64,000 nucleotides of DNA, from the NCBI RefSeq assembly GCF_036321535.1, contig NC_087437.1:111416001-111480000 (forward strand), read 5' to 3'. Shown here piece by piece: positions 37,540 to 50,043 of this stretch. The position numbers were made by a program, and so were the translations under genes. Positions within the stretch are counted from its first letter, which is position 1. Each line of letters opens with the position of its first letter. The stretch is from Camelus dromedarius (taxonomy: Eukaryota). Below the pieces are notes generated by a model, which did not search any database, was not told the origin of the DNA, and saw only the letters and a list, made by a program, of their open reading frames with translations.

Positions 37540-38990
37540 GGTCACCAGTGACACCCCAACTACTGCACATTGGTTTCCAATCTGTCCTCATCCAACCTGA
37601 CTTCCCCGGCATCTGACACCTTCCCATCCCCTTCTGGTAGCTGCCTCCCCATCAAACTTACACGGCATCCCTTTCCCTGTATCCCAGTCCCATAGGAGCA
37701 TTGGGATGCCCCACTTCTGTTTTCAACTCCATTTGCATAGATACTGGTGGATCCCCACCACCACTTCAGGTTGGGCTCTCTCTTTGGATGCCTTTGTTTC
37801 TGTTCATGTCATGCCATGTCTCAGTCATCTGGGCACAAAAGCTTGGCTCCTGTTGGCTGCTCCATCCCTCATCCTTCACAACCAGCCACCAGATCCCAGC
37901 CTTTCTGCCACCTCATGGAGCTCCTGGGCCACCCCCAATGGACCCACTTGTTCAGACCCTTCCTGCATTAACTCCGGACAAGCTCCCGCCAGCCTTTTTC
38001 CTACAGTCCCTCCTCGCAGGAAATCCATCCCACATTTCAATAAGAGATGAATCTCCCCGCAAGGGGGCTTAAATCAGTTTCTGAAATTTACAATGTTTCC
38101 AATTTATCAAAGTAAACTCCATCATCCTTTGCTTGACATCAAAAGACTCTTTATTCGACCCCCATCACTTGGCCGTCTCAGGAGGGTTTAGTCACCTTTC
38201 CCTGGACCCAATTATTCAAGGGGCTCCCATCTCCTTTGCAACTGGTTCCATTAGGGGGAAGCTCCTCTGGTGGAAGAGAGATTTCTCTCACTAGTGGGTT
38301 TGGGAAAAGCAACAGAGCCTCGGAGCCCAGCACCTTTCTCCTCCCTCTTTATCTTGGGGGCCAAGTTGCGCACTTGGCAGAACCAAGCCCAGGTTTTCAG
38401 ACTCTGGGGGTCCCTGGCTGCCTGTGAGTGTGCTAGGTACCCAGCCCCTTTATGTGTCAGTACAACCCACATCCTCCAATATTGTACTTCACAGTAATAA
38501 AAGCAATAGAGATTTTTTGTTTGTTTGTTTTTGTTTTTGTTTTTGCCTCTTATCTGCCTTATTCCTTTACCTACTTCTCAGTTAGTGTCGAAGTCAAGGA
38601 AGAGAAGACAAGAGTTCTTAACTGGGTCTCCCTTAACCCCAACGATACCGCCACTTTGCTCCTGTGAGTCCCCCTCCTAGGAAGGCCTGCTACCTCTCTC
38701 TTTCTGCCTAGTTCTTCCTGTCCATCAAAACCCTCCTAAAGTTTCACACCACCTTGAATCTCCCTGCGTCTCCTGGGCCCTGGGCTACCCCTGCTGCTTA
38801 GCAATGGTACACTGCCCCATAGTATTCTTGGACACCTCATCTCACACTCTGGGGGAAATTCTCACCTGCTTATGTTTGCCTCTCTGGTGAATCGTGCATG
38901 AAGGCAGGTACATCTCCTTGAGCTCCTTCTCATTCTTACCTTCCACAGCACCTGCATGGGGTGCTGTTCAAGGTAAGCTCTGGGCAGCTG
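37540..38990 (+). mobile_element. Scattered L2 fragments (~37540-38170 and ~38670-38990)
   Basis: aaggtcaccagtgac...tgtcctcatcc..tgact...gcatctgacac (RT-like); later tctcattcttaccttccacagcacctgcat (3' end). Confidence 0.55.
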
Positions 38991-39057
38991 GGTCTCCCCA
39001 TCTCAGCTCAGATGCCATGGAGACCCCACAGTGTGGCTTCAAGACAACACCAGCATA

Positions 39058-39784
39058 CGGTGGAAATGCAGTTTGGTGCAACCACTATGGAAAACAGTGT
39101 GGAGATTCCTCAAAAGACTAGGAATAGACTTACCATATGACCCAGGAATTCCACTCCTGGGCTTGTATCCAGAAGGAACCCTACTTCAGGATGACACCTG
39201 CACCCCAATGTTCATAGCAGCACTATTTACAATAGCCAAAACATGGAAACAGCCTAAATGTCCATCAACAGGTGACTGGATAAAGAAGATGTGGTATATT
39301 TATACAATGGAATACTACTCAGCCATAAAAACCAACAACATAATGTCATTTGCAGCAATATGGATGCTCCTGGAGAATGTCATTCTAAGTGAAGGAAGCT
39401 AGAAAAAGAAAGAAAAATACCATATGAGATCGCTCATATGTGGAATCTAAAAAACAAAAACAAACAAACAAACAAACAAAAACAAAGCATAAATACAGGA
39501 CAGAAATAGACTCATAGACAGAGAATACAGACTTATGGTTGCCAGCGGGGTGGAGGGTGGGAAGGGATAGACTGGGATTTCAAAATTGTAGAATAGATAA
39601 ACAAGATTACACTGTATAGCACAGGGAAATATACACAAAATGTTATGATAACTCACAGAGAAAAAAATGTGACAATGAGTGTGTATATGTCCATGAATGA
39701 CTGCAAAATTGTGCTGAACACTGGAATTTGACACAACATTGTAAAATGATTATAAATCAATAAAAAATGTTAAAAAAAAAAAAA
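39058..39784 (+). mobile_element. Young 5'-truncated L1 with a perfect 17-bp TSD
   Basis: Uninterrupted ORF2p C-terminal frame ([40 protein letters not shown]) in ORF 39031-39402; AATAAA and poly(A); TSD aagacaacaccagcata at 39041-39057 and 39785-39801. Confidence 0.97.
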
Positions 39785-40399
39785 AAGACAACACCAGCAT
39801 AGTCCTTTTTAACTTCCAACACCCTGTGGCCTCAGACAGCAATTCCACCCCAAAAAAATGGGCAACAATTGTCAAGACCGAGGTAATTTGCAGAGATCCT
39901 TTCTCTCAACACATGTCTATACTGTCCCAAATAATTTTGTCTTGAATAAGAAGCAAAATACAAGATAGCAAGGTCATAAGGCGGGCGTGTTTGCTTGCAT
40001 CTCCCGGGTGCCCGTGGGCTCCTTCAGAACTTACTTTCTTTTGGTCTCCCCAGTGGTGCTGGTGCTGTTTAAAGAGAGGGGTGCTCAGTGGACACTTGTT
40101 AGCTCAATGTTTGCTTAACAATGGGAATGATATCCAAACTCGGTTATTAGGGTCACATTTGTTGTTAGATTACGTAATATGGTATTTGGTTACTTGAGGT
40201 TAATCTATGCTTTAGTTGCAGATAAAATAAATAATGAAAAGAATGATGTGTATAAAACTCACTTAGGATATGTGTGTATGTGAAACAGGGAAAGAATGAA
40301 AGACAGAGAGAGCAAGGGACACAGAGATTGCCTAAGGGCAGACTTTAAATAAAGTGCTATCCACATGGGCAAAACATGTCTCATAACAGGAATTTTGCA

Positions 40400-40870
40400 A
40401 TTCCCTAAGCCTCCCTGAGCACGGAATTGGAAGATACACCTCCGATTCCAGCGACGGTGAGTGAAATAAACCATGCGTTCCTGTCTGCTGCGTGGATCTG
40501 AGGAGCAGCCCATTCTAACCGAGAACAAAGGTTTGGGGAAAAGCAATTCCATGCACAATGTAGCAGAATGATTGACAGGCTGATTATTAGGCTGAGTTGG
40601 CCTCATCTGGCCTTTCTTAAGTGCAATATGGTAGGCCTAACGTGACATACGAATGCGAAACTCCTGGCAGGTCCTGCAAAGGAGACAGTGCAGCTGGCAG
40701 CCTGACACCCGAGCAGCTGGGAGGGGAAGGCTTGGTTTCTGAACATTAACACATTTGACATTTGGTATCTAAAGGGGAGAGCTGATAAATAACCCGCCAA
40801 CGATGACACTCTGTAACGACAGCTTTTATTGCCAGCCAGTTAATCCTCCACGCCAGCCCTGTCCTTTCAG
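40400..40870. promoter_or_regulatory. Candidate developmental enhancer
   Basis: Repeat-free and CpG-retaining; exact PBX-MEIS/PREP decamer TGATTGACAG (40569-40578), CAGCTG E-boxes (40691, 40714), TGATAA (40783), TAATCC (40841). Confidence 0.4.
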
Positions 40871-41240
40871 GCCATCTGGTGTTGCAGTCTTATTTACTTA
40901 TTTTTATTTTCCTGGGGCCTGAACTTGGAAAGTTTGCCTTCTGCCAGTGTCAAGTTTTGAAGCTGATTCAAGGGCTGGGGCAGTGGCTCTTGGTAGGTGA
41001 CTCAGCACTAAGGTCTGAAGAAAATGGGAGGTTTTACCAGGTGGTCTTGAGTTTGGGGTCCACCTGCATGAAGCCAGTTGTCATCCTGGGACCAGAAGAG
41101 TGGGGGAAATTTGCCTCTTGATTCCTACATCTTTTCAGAACCACTGTGCTTAGTTTCTGCATTGAATCCCCCACATTTATTGAGCACCTACTATGTTCCC
41201 CGATAATATATGTTCTAGAGACATAAATAAGGTTATTTAC

Positions 41241-41675
41241 ATTAAAAAGAATGAAATAATACCATTTGCAGCAACATAGGTGGACCTAGAGATGATCATA
41301 CTAAGTGAAGTAAGTCAGAGAAAGACAGTAAAATATCATATCACTTATATGTGGAATCTTAAAAAAAGGGCACAAAAGAACTTATTTACAAGACAGAAAC
41401 AGACTCACAGACATATTAAACAAACTTATAGTTACCAAAAGGAAAAGGAGGGAAGAGGGATAAATCAGGACTTCGGGATTAACAGATACACACCACTATA
41501 TATAAAATAGATAAACAGCAAGGACCTACCATATAGCACAGGGAACTAGATTCAATATCTTGTAATAACCTATAATGAAAAAGAATCAAAAAAGAATAAA
41601 TATATGAATTACTTTGCTGTGCACCAGAAACTAATACAATACTGTAAATTAACTATATCCCAATTTTAAAAAAAG
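41241..41675 (+). mobile_element. L1 3' end (5'-truncated)
   Basis: aaaaagaatgaaataataccatttgcagcaacat..ggacctagagatgatcatactaagtgaagtaag; 3' UTR similar to 2260-2590. Confidence 0.92.
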
Positions 41676-42760
41676 AGAATTGGAAGATGCCCAAAGACCT
41701 GATGGTTCCAAACCTTTGCTTCTGCTCTGAGAGCTCATGATAAGCATTGGTGAGAGACACCCCTGAAACTCTGGGGAAATACACAGACCTTCTCACCCCT
41801 CAAATTTATATACCCATCTATCCACAAATTTTGCAGACATTTACTGGGGTTGATAGAAGCCCATAGCCTCTGAGTTAAAAAAAAAATTACCAAACAAGGC
41901 ACCCAAAGTAAGTCCCTTCGTGACTTTAACCATCCTAGGTCCTCAGCTTCCATGGTGCTGGCACACACCCTCTCAGAAGAGGGCCCATACCTGCAGCTCT
42001 TTGTAAAGCAAACCAACCGTCAGATATGACAAAGGGGGCTGAGAAGTAGGTGGAGTGTGACCGTTTGCTGGCTTTGACCTCACTGCATGGGGGTGATAAA
42101 TAGGCAGAGAAGCCACAAAAATAGTCTCCAATAATCTTTAGACCTATGGAGGTTCAGCTTGACCTAGAAATTTTGCATCCATTAATTCCACCTCCTCCTG
42201 CTCGTGGCCGTTTTGAGGTCCTTCTGCTACTGCAAGTCTTATTAAACTGGCAAAATTGAGTCGTATGTGTCATAAATACATTCCCCGTGTGTGCCCCGGT
42301 CCTCCAAGGCACACAGGTTTCTCTGAACATAAAACAGAAGTGTAGAAAGAAGAAACAAGGCATCTTACATGTTGGATTTATAATCTGAGTTCAGCTATAG
42401 GTGTCTGTTTAGCCCACAGGGCTTTGAGCCCTTTGAAGGTAGGAACTAGGTTGTGTTCACGTCTGTACCCCCAGACTCAACACGTAATAGGTGCATAACA
42501 GATAAATGCCTGGTAAACAAGTAAATGAGTGAAGCAAGTTTATATTCTGAAGTTCACAATCAATTGCTGGTACCCTACACTGCTTTTTCTCTCCAAAGGC
42601 GCAGAAATTTGCTGTTCTCATAGCCCCACATCCAGCTTCAGTTTTCAAAATAAAATGTATGCCACCTTTTAGCCATGCTCTTTCTCCCTCAACTTCAGGG
42701 GATCGCAAATGTTTGGGGGCCAGAGACCGATCAGAGGGAAGTGATACCATCAACCATGAT

Positions 42761-43607
42761 TTCTATGGACTGAACGTCCATTCATTGTGAACCCCCAACC
42801 CTCTGCGTGATGGTATTAAAAAGTGGGGCCTTTGAGAGGTGATTAGGGCTTTGAGAGTGAAATACTTATGATGAGATTAGTGCCTTTATAATAAAAGACC
42901 CCATATATTTATACAATGGAATACAACTCAGCCATAAAAAAAATAATGCCAATTACAGCAACATGGATCGTCATTCTAAGTGAAGTCAGCCAGAAAGAGA
43001 AGGAAAAATACCATATGATATCACTTATATGTGGAATCTTAAAAACACACACACACACACAAATGAACTTAATTACAAAACAGAAACAGACTCACAGACA
43101 TAGAAAACAAACTTATGGTTACCGGGTGGAAAGGGATAAATCGGGAGTTTGAGATTGCAGACATTAACTACTATACATAAAATAGATAAACAAACTTGTA
43201 TTGTACAGTACAGGAAACTATACTCAATATCTTATAGTAACTTATAATGAAAATGAATATATGTATGTATATGGATGACTGAAACAGTATGCTGTACACC
43301 AGAAACTGATGCAACATTGTAAACTGATTAACTTCAATTTTTAAAAAAGGTAAAAAATAAAAATAAGTAGCTACTCAATTAAAAAACTTACTAAAAGACC
43401 GCAGAAGCTCCACAATGCTTCCACCACGTGAGAACATAGTGAGAACTCTGCCGTCTATGAACCAGGAAGTTCTCCCCAGACACCAAATCTACCAGCACCT
43501 TGATCTTGGACTTTGCAGCTTGCAAAACTGTGAGAAATAAATCTGTGCTGTTTATAAGCCACCCAGTCTATGGTATTTTGTTTTAGCAGCCTGAACAGAC
43601 TAAGACA
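42761..43607 (+). mobile_element. MLT1A-like solo LTR split by an L1
   Basis: ctatggactgaac...gattagtgcctttata | L1 | gcaccttgatcttggactt...tagcagcctgaacagactaagaca. Confidence 0.9.
42903..43391 (+). mobile_element. L1 3' end inserted in the MLT1A LTR
   Basis: ORF 42916-43152 (MEYNSAIKK..ILSEVSQKEKEKYHMISLICGI); TSD taaaagacc at 42892-42900 and 43392-43400. Confidence 0.93.
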
Positions 43608-44369
43608 GTGGTGCTAATTGAACCTAGTTTGGATTTTGCTTTCTGGGCTTTGTTGACTTCTGTTCCCAGACCCCATCTCCCAGTCACTAGTCTTGTGAGT
43701 TCCTCAGTCCTATGGGTCAGCCCCAGGACAGGATGAGCCATCCCGCCCCTGCATGTCCCCAGCACTGGTCATCAGTCTGAGATGCACATGCTGTCATAGT
43801 GATCCTTACACCAAACCGGCCACCTGACTGCAGGGTGGCAGCCCTCACCCCAACCCTGCCCTGTGCTCTCCCTGGGGGTGTCTCTCCTCTACTCGGGAAC
43901 AATTCCACTCAGATCTTCCTCTGGTCTCCTTCTTCATGTCTGTCCCCCTTCCCCAGTCCAGAGCTTGGCCATTTCTGCTGGGGAGCCCTGAACTCCCAGG
44001 GCTTTGAAGCTACAGTGGAGCTGTGGGGGAAGGACAGAGGCTAGCCCCTCTAGTCTCTCTGTCCAGCTCTGTCACCTAGATGTGCTACAGTCTCACATTG
44101 TCCCTCACGGATTCACCTTTCTCAGCCTCTTGCCCTAGCCCCACCCTCTAAGGGGCATCATATTATCCATGAGTAGGGAGTGAGGAGTATGGTGGAAATG
44201 TTACCCCTTCACTCTCCCATCTCCCCTCCCTCACAGCTCAGGTGCCTCCTAACTCCTCATTTCTCCTTTAGCCCAAACACGCAAGTTGAAACCTCCAAAC
44301 TGAAAAACTGACTGTCAGGGCAGCCCCTCAGAAGGGAGTAATAGCTGGAGGCCTTTCCCACTCCAGAAT

Positions 44370-44720
44370 CCAGGGCTGCGAGGGCCCGCGAGGCAGATGA
44401 CTGCGTCGGCTTCTAGGTGGGCCCCGCCCCCATCTCTCGTCTACCTGATTAAGTCAGATTCAGTCAACATCAAAGGCTGCCCGTGGGCCCGTGCGAAAAG
44501 AAGAGGGGCCACACGATGAAAAATGAGGGAAGATGGCAAAGTTCTATGCCCAGAATCTGTCTCGGATGTTGACTTTGTTTTGTTTTATTTTAACATGAGC
44601 TGAAAGGATCCCTCCTCTGCCCTGGGAGCCACCACCAGGGGTGATCAGCACAGCGAGGGAGAGGGTGGGAGAGAGTGGGAGAGGGTGGGAGAGGGCGGGG
44701 CCTCGGGCTCGGAGCTGTCA
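44370..44720. promoter_or_regulatory. Candidate GC-rich regulatory element
   Basis: Local CpG enrichment, GC box GCCCCGCCCC (44421-44430), TCF/LEF site ACATCAAAGG (44467-44476), G4-type repeat. Confidence 0.35.
44655..44700 (+). repeat. 10-bp G-rich tandem repeat (GAGGGTGGGA)x~4
   Basis: gagggtggga gagagtggga gagggtggga gagggcgggg. Confidence 0.85.
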
Positions 44721-44933
44721 CATCCTTAATAGTAAGGAGAAAGGTCTCTCAAATCCTGAAGAGTTCACGAGCAAAGGTCTATGTTAGCTGGTTCTTCCAG
44801 CCTCTGCAGATTAGAATCAGCTATTCATAACCAGATCCTGCGGCAGCAACATAAATAGGAACTCATGTATTTTGGCCCAAAGGGAAATGATCTCATTCCA
44901 TTTCACCAAAGTTCAAGCAATTTATTCTTGACA

Positions 44934-45022
44934 TGATAGATAGAATGGTAGAGGATAGGTAGATAATCAAATCATAACAATAAAGGTAGATAAAGATAGA
45001 TAGATGATAGATAGATATAGAT
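44934..45022. repeat. Degenerate (GATA)n microsatellite
   Basis: Read directly from the sequence. Confidence 0.8.
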
Positions 45023-45339
45023 CCAATCAAGATGAAACTATATGGAGCTCTGGAACTGGATAAATAACTTCAAGAGAAAAAATCTATAGAAAGAAAGAAA
45101 CCGTCTCCCTTCCGTTTTCCTTTTTGCCCTGAAAGCCATTCTCTCTCCAAGAAATGTGTTTTATTTAAGAGGGTTGCTGCTTTCAACTGTAACCTGCAAA
45201 CTATTCCTTTTTTTTTTTCGAGATAGCAGATTTGTCACTTCCTTGATTTTATTTTATTTTTCTGACACTTTGGTATGTGCCTCTGCAAATGGCAAGAAAA
45301 ACTCGGTGATGATGCTGAAATGGTCGGCTCTACTGCCAT

Positions 45340-45505
45340 TCAGGGCCTGAGAACTCACTGTTGCGGGGCCGCCCTGTGCGCTGGGAGATGTTTAGCAAAA
45401 TTCCTCGCCTCTATCCACTAGACGCCAGTTGTGACATCCAAAAATGTCTTCAGACATTGTCAAACGTCCCCTGGGAGGTATCATTGCCCCAGTTGGGAAC
45501 CACTG
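45340..45505. mobile_element. MER20-like hAT MITE
   Basis: ccctgtgcgctgggagatgtttagca...ccactagacgccag...aaaaatgtcttcagacattgtcaaacgtcccctggg...gggaaccactg. Confidence 0.85.
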
Positions 45506-46048
45506 TTCTGAAACAATAAGGCTGTGGCCACAGGGGATCTCAGTCACACAGTGACGTGGACAGAGTATTTTTAAACTCTACAGATGCTGGAGGAGTCACA
45601 CGTGTGCCTTTTCAGGCACATCCCTGTACCTGTGCAGGAAATGGGGGGGGGGGGGGAATTGTCTTAGTAAGTCTTTCTGTGGTGCCAGAAAAAAGGAATC
45701 TAGGAAAACTTTCAGGAAAAAAAAAAAATCAAAAGGCGCTTGTCCATCTGAGATGATCAAGAAGGACTAACTGCAATCCTGGGTCATGTAAACTCTGCAG
45801 CCTTCTGCTTCCCACAGTGGCGGGAAGGGGGGACCCATCGGAGCCCCTCTCAGCCCTGCCTGTGCGCTGTTGTTGCTTCTCCACAGGGTGATCAAAAGAC
45901 TTCAGCGGCACGTAATGTGGAAGGATAAACCCTCTACACTGAAAGCACGCGATTCACCTGCCCACACCCAGAGTTTCAGGGAAGCAGGGCACATTCACTC
46001 AACAATCATTGAGATCTGCACTTTGTCCAGAGGTGGGTACACAGTGGG

Positions 46049-46330
46049 TTTGCTATGGGACTCAGTTTTGGCTGCTCGCCACTCAAAAACCAAGAGACAA
46101 GCGTTGGTAGGAAAGGAAAGTTTGCTCTATTCAGGAGGCTGGCAACCTGCAGAGTCAGGCAGAGGACACCAGGTCTGTTGGCGGGGGTGGGGAGGTTCTG
46201 TCTTGGGAAAGAGCCACAGGGTCCTGCTCAGTTACAGGTTCTCTGTAAGGACGGATGGGCACAGATCAATGCAAAAGTGCTTGCCTCCCGCCTGCAGGAG
46301 CAGAGACATCTGCTCCTATTTTGTGTGTGC
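46049..46330 (-). mobile_element. ERV1-type LTR fragment
   Basis: ctcagttttggctgctcgccactcaaaaacc..gagacaagcgttggtaggaaaggaaagtttgctctattcaggaggctggcaacct resembles the reverse U5/R end of laurasiatherian ERV1 LTRs. Confidence 0.55.
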
Positions 46331-46384
46331 TTGAGTCTTCTGCACAGGAACTGCCTTTTCCTCCACCCCATGTGACTCAGCCAG

Positions 46385-46860
46385 TCCCTGGCAGGGACCC
46401 CTTTGGCTGTCTGGTGAGGCCTATGGACACTTTCTCAGAAAAAAATTTTGATATTCACAAAATAAGATACATAAGGCTACAAAGGGAACCCATTATATTG
46501 AAAGACAGTTATCAAAAAGATTATAATCCGTGATACAGTTATATCCAGGCTTCTTTATTAATGCATGAGCTCCAAGGTCTGGGGCAGGACTAATAATTAC
46601 AACCCTTTTGGAGAGGTGGTGAGAACACGCGATATGTTGAGGTGTCTGCCTTAACTGTTACGTGATAAAAAATAGATCTGTGTGCCTACTGGTTTCAAAG
46701 TTGCAGGCACTATTAATACTACTGGCCTATGCTTGATATTAAAGGAAATGCACAATTTCAGTTAGTAGACACTTAAAACTGCAAGTTCTCAGATCAAGTT
46801 CACCAACCTCCTGAATTCACAGGCCTGTGCATCCCTGCAGATTCTGTGCCCTGATGTAGG
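46385..46860. mobile_element. MER119-like hAT-Charlie element
   Basis: ggaccctttggctgtctggtgaggcctatggac..ttctcagaa...attatattgaaagacagttatcaaaa. Confidence 0.75.
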
Positions 46861-47148
46861 AATGCTGCCTCCCTCGTCACAGGGACTGGCTGGTGACCCA
46901 GGCTGGCCAGTCCCTTCCCTGTGGACATTTTTCAGGGGTGGGAGTTTTTTAGGGATGAGTGGTTGACCCGAATCAGACCAATTCGGGTCCTCTCTGGAAC
47001 TTTTCTGTCAAAACTCTCACGGAGGTTCCTCTTCACACACAGAGGATATTCTGGGTGTATTTATTTAATTTTAAATATGGACTTCATGCTCCAGAGATGC
47101 CTGAAGGAATGAAAGAAAGAAGAGGATGCTTTAAAATTCTAGTTTATC

Positions 47149-47596
47149 TGTCATGTTGCATTAGATATGACAACGTGCCTGGACCACAGGCTGCCCACAT
47201 ATTTGGTCAAATATTATTCTGGGTGTGCCTGTGAGGGTGCTTCTGGCTGAGATCAGCATTTGAATCAGTGGACTGAGTCCAGGAGATGACCTTCCCCAGT
47301 GGGGTGGACACATCAGGTGCATCCAACTCACTGAAGGCCTAAACAGCACAAAAGGTCAAGTAAGGGAGACTTCACTCTGCCTGACTTCAAGCTGGGGCAT
47401 CACCCTTCTCCTGCCTTCTGACCCAGACTCAGACCAGAACCACACCATCTTCTCCCCTGGGTCTCCAGCTTGCTGACTACAGACCTCAGGACTTCTCAGC
47501 CTCCATAGTCACGTGGGCCAATTCCTTATAATAAACAAACAAACAAACATATATGTCCTATTGGTTCTGTTTCTCTGGAGAACCCTGACTAATATA
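47149..47596 (+). mobile_element. ERVL MLT2D-like solo LTR
   Basis: atatttggtcaaatattattctgggtgtgcctgtgagggtg...cctattggttctgtttctctggagaaccctgactaata. Confidence 0.92.
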
Positions 47597-49707
47597 CCAT
47601 CCAGGCCTTAAGTCCATGGTACAAATGGTGTGTTTGGGGGTGGGGAGTGCACAGACAGAAACAGCTGGCCATCCCCACTTCCCAGGGCAGAGACCAGTTT
47701 TTATAACATCTTAAATCCAGGGCAGGAGGATTTAAAAAAAAAGACTCATTGAGAATAATTGAGCCCACCCTCTGGAATGAACACATACAGGTTTACTGTG
47801 TGGCAAACACTAGTCCCACAAACTGAGCAGAACGTACCGAGTGGTTCTGAGGTTAAGTTCCAATCCCTTCTCACTGTGCTGCTGGAAATAGCTCAGTCAG
47901 GAGTAGCTGGGGGATAGCCTGGTTCTAGATGAATCCCCTGCTTCTCTCATCCCCTGATTGTTGACGCCCTGACCCCTGCAGAGTTCCCGTGAGGGTGTGT
48001 GTCTCAGGAAGCCAAAGCTGGTAGCCCAGGTGAAGGGGGAGAGGAAAGCTCGAAGCAGGGGTCTCAAATCGCAGTGTAGAGTCCGGGCGGAAGGCTCAGG
48101 GACTCTGCAGAGAAGGTCCAGGGTTCGAGAGAGCCAGTGGGAGGGGTGCTGGTGAAGTCCTGGGACGAGGCTGCTGTGGGAAGATGGCTGGGACTGAAGG
48201 ACTGGGCACTGAGGACACTTGGCATCAGCCAATGCCCTTATCTGGAGCCATTTCAGCATCCAACCCTTTCTCCTCTAGTGGTTGCCACGCCGACAGCAGA
48301 CATGCTCAGTCTCCCTATTAGTAACTAATCCCCATTCAGACCCCAAGGTGCGGGCTCACCATCTGCAGCTCGGTCGGTGGGCCCATTTCAACTGCACAGC
48401 TCTACTCCCTCAAGCATGACCAACCCAAGGGCATCTGGGTGTGGCCTCACCTCTACCTAAAACCTAACGCTGAAAAACTTTTTTTAAATCAAATATTACA
48501 AACTCTGTCTCAGTCACTCAATGCCTCCTTTTCATTTTGTGAGTGAAAGAACAAGCTACAAAATGTTTCAGGAGATTTAGGACAGGAAAGTCCTAATTAA
48601 AGGATCTATGCTAACGTGACAATCTTAAAAAAAAAAAAAAAAGACCTGCTATAGTTTCCCATTAATACCCAGGATTAGCTTCTCTTCGCCGTGTGACATT
48701 TTGGGGAAGTTTGGGCTCAGGATAGCTTTCAGAAAGAAGACAGTTTCCAAGCCAAGCCCTCTCTTCACAATATCTGTCCTCATTAATTCAAAAAAGATGT
48801 TGCCCTGTGGTGGTTCCTTATGTCACGCTATCAAATCTATCCGCATTGCTGTAACTCTGAGGTTTCTGTTACCTGTTTCCTCCCCACCTCCGTGTGGTTG
48901 ACATTTAGACATTGGCTGCCCATCTCTAGGTGTTGCATGATTTGAATCTCCACATCTGTCAGTCAGTTCCAGCCACAGCCAAACAGATAACAAACCCTAG
49001 GGAACCAAGGAGAAAGGTTTTAAATAGATTTCATATTTCTGGTCCGATTGCAGCATCTGGGAAAAGGTCTCAGGAACCCTAAGGCTGAAACTGCATATTT
49101 GGGGCGACTTCACACAAATGAAATAATCAAATCAAAGTTAGAAATATTTAGATCATTTCTGGAAAAACCGTCTGCCCGCTCTCTGATTCCAGCCCAGCCG
49201 AGGAGACTTTCCCTGTAATCTCCTCCCATTTCTTCCTGAGGGTGGGAAACACGTTGCAGACTCCCTGGAGCTTTGAGTCAAGGGAGAGAAAACAAACCGC
49301 AGTGGAATTCTAGGGGGTGAACGCCAGCCGCAGAGCTGTTTCCTCCACCAGCACCTCGTGGTTGGCCCAAACCTGGCCTCGGTTGTTTTTAGTCCCTTGT
49401 CGTGCTTCTGATTCCAAAGAAACGGCTATTTTGTTTGGCTTTCGTTGCATTACTCATGCGGTGCAACATGTCTGTGCAGCCGCATATCCAAGAAAGTGAA
49501 AGCGAAGAGATTAAAAACAGATCTGTCTAGTGAACAGGTGTCGAGCATTATCTAATAGGAAACTAAATATAAAAAGAGAGACTAATTAAAGTCCTGGCGT
49601 CTCTCCTGCTGTCGGCTTCACAGCTCTTTAACTCTTAAAATCGTGGCTCAGACTGAAGACCAGAACTCACGGAGAAGGGGAGGCAGTGATGGCACATTCC
49701 TGTTTTA

Positions 49708-49709
<2 letters not shown>

Positions 49710-49765
<56 letters not shown>
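49710..49765. repeat. Perfect (GT)28 microsatellite
   Basis: Read directly from the sequence. Confidence 0.98.
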
Positions 49766-49771
<6 letters not shown>

Positions 49772-49877
49772 AGGCAGAGGGTCAGGGAGGGGCTGGTATT
49801 GCCTGATGATGCCAAACTGTGAGAAACAGGGCTAAGAAGTTGCTTGTCCTGGTAAGAAAAATCCAGTCTTCTAGAAT

Positions 49878-50043
49878 CTTGCTCTTCCAAGGGTGGTCCC
49901 CAGACCAGCAGCAACAGGATGACTGGGAGCTTGTTAGAAATACAGTCATGGGCCCCATCCCAGAGGTACTGAGTCAGAACCTGTATGTCCAATAACCAAT
50001 TGCCAATGGATGCATATGCATATTAAAGGTTCAGAAGCGCCAT
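49878..50043. mobile_element. MER5A-like MITE
   Basis: gtggtccccagaccagcagca...tgggagcttgttagaaatacag..gggccccatcccaga..tactgagtcagaa. Confidence 0.85.

Noticed and set aside
36505..47596. Two same-orientation MLT2 LTRs ~10 kb apart as a possible ERVL provirus
   Set aside because: The LTRs differ substantially (apparently different subfamilies) and no gag/pol sequence lies between them; they are independent solo LTRs
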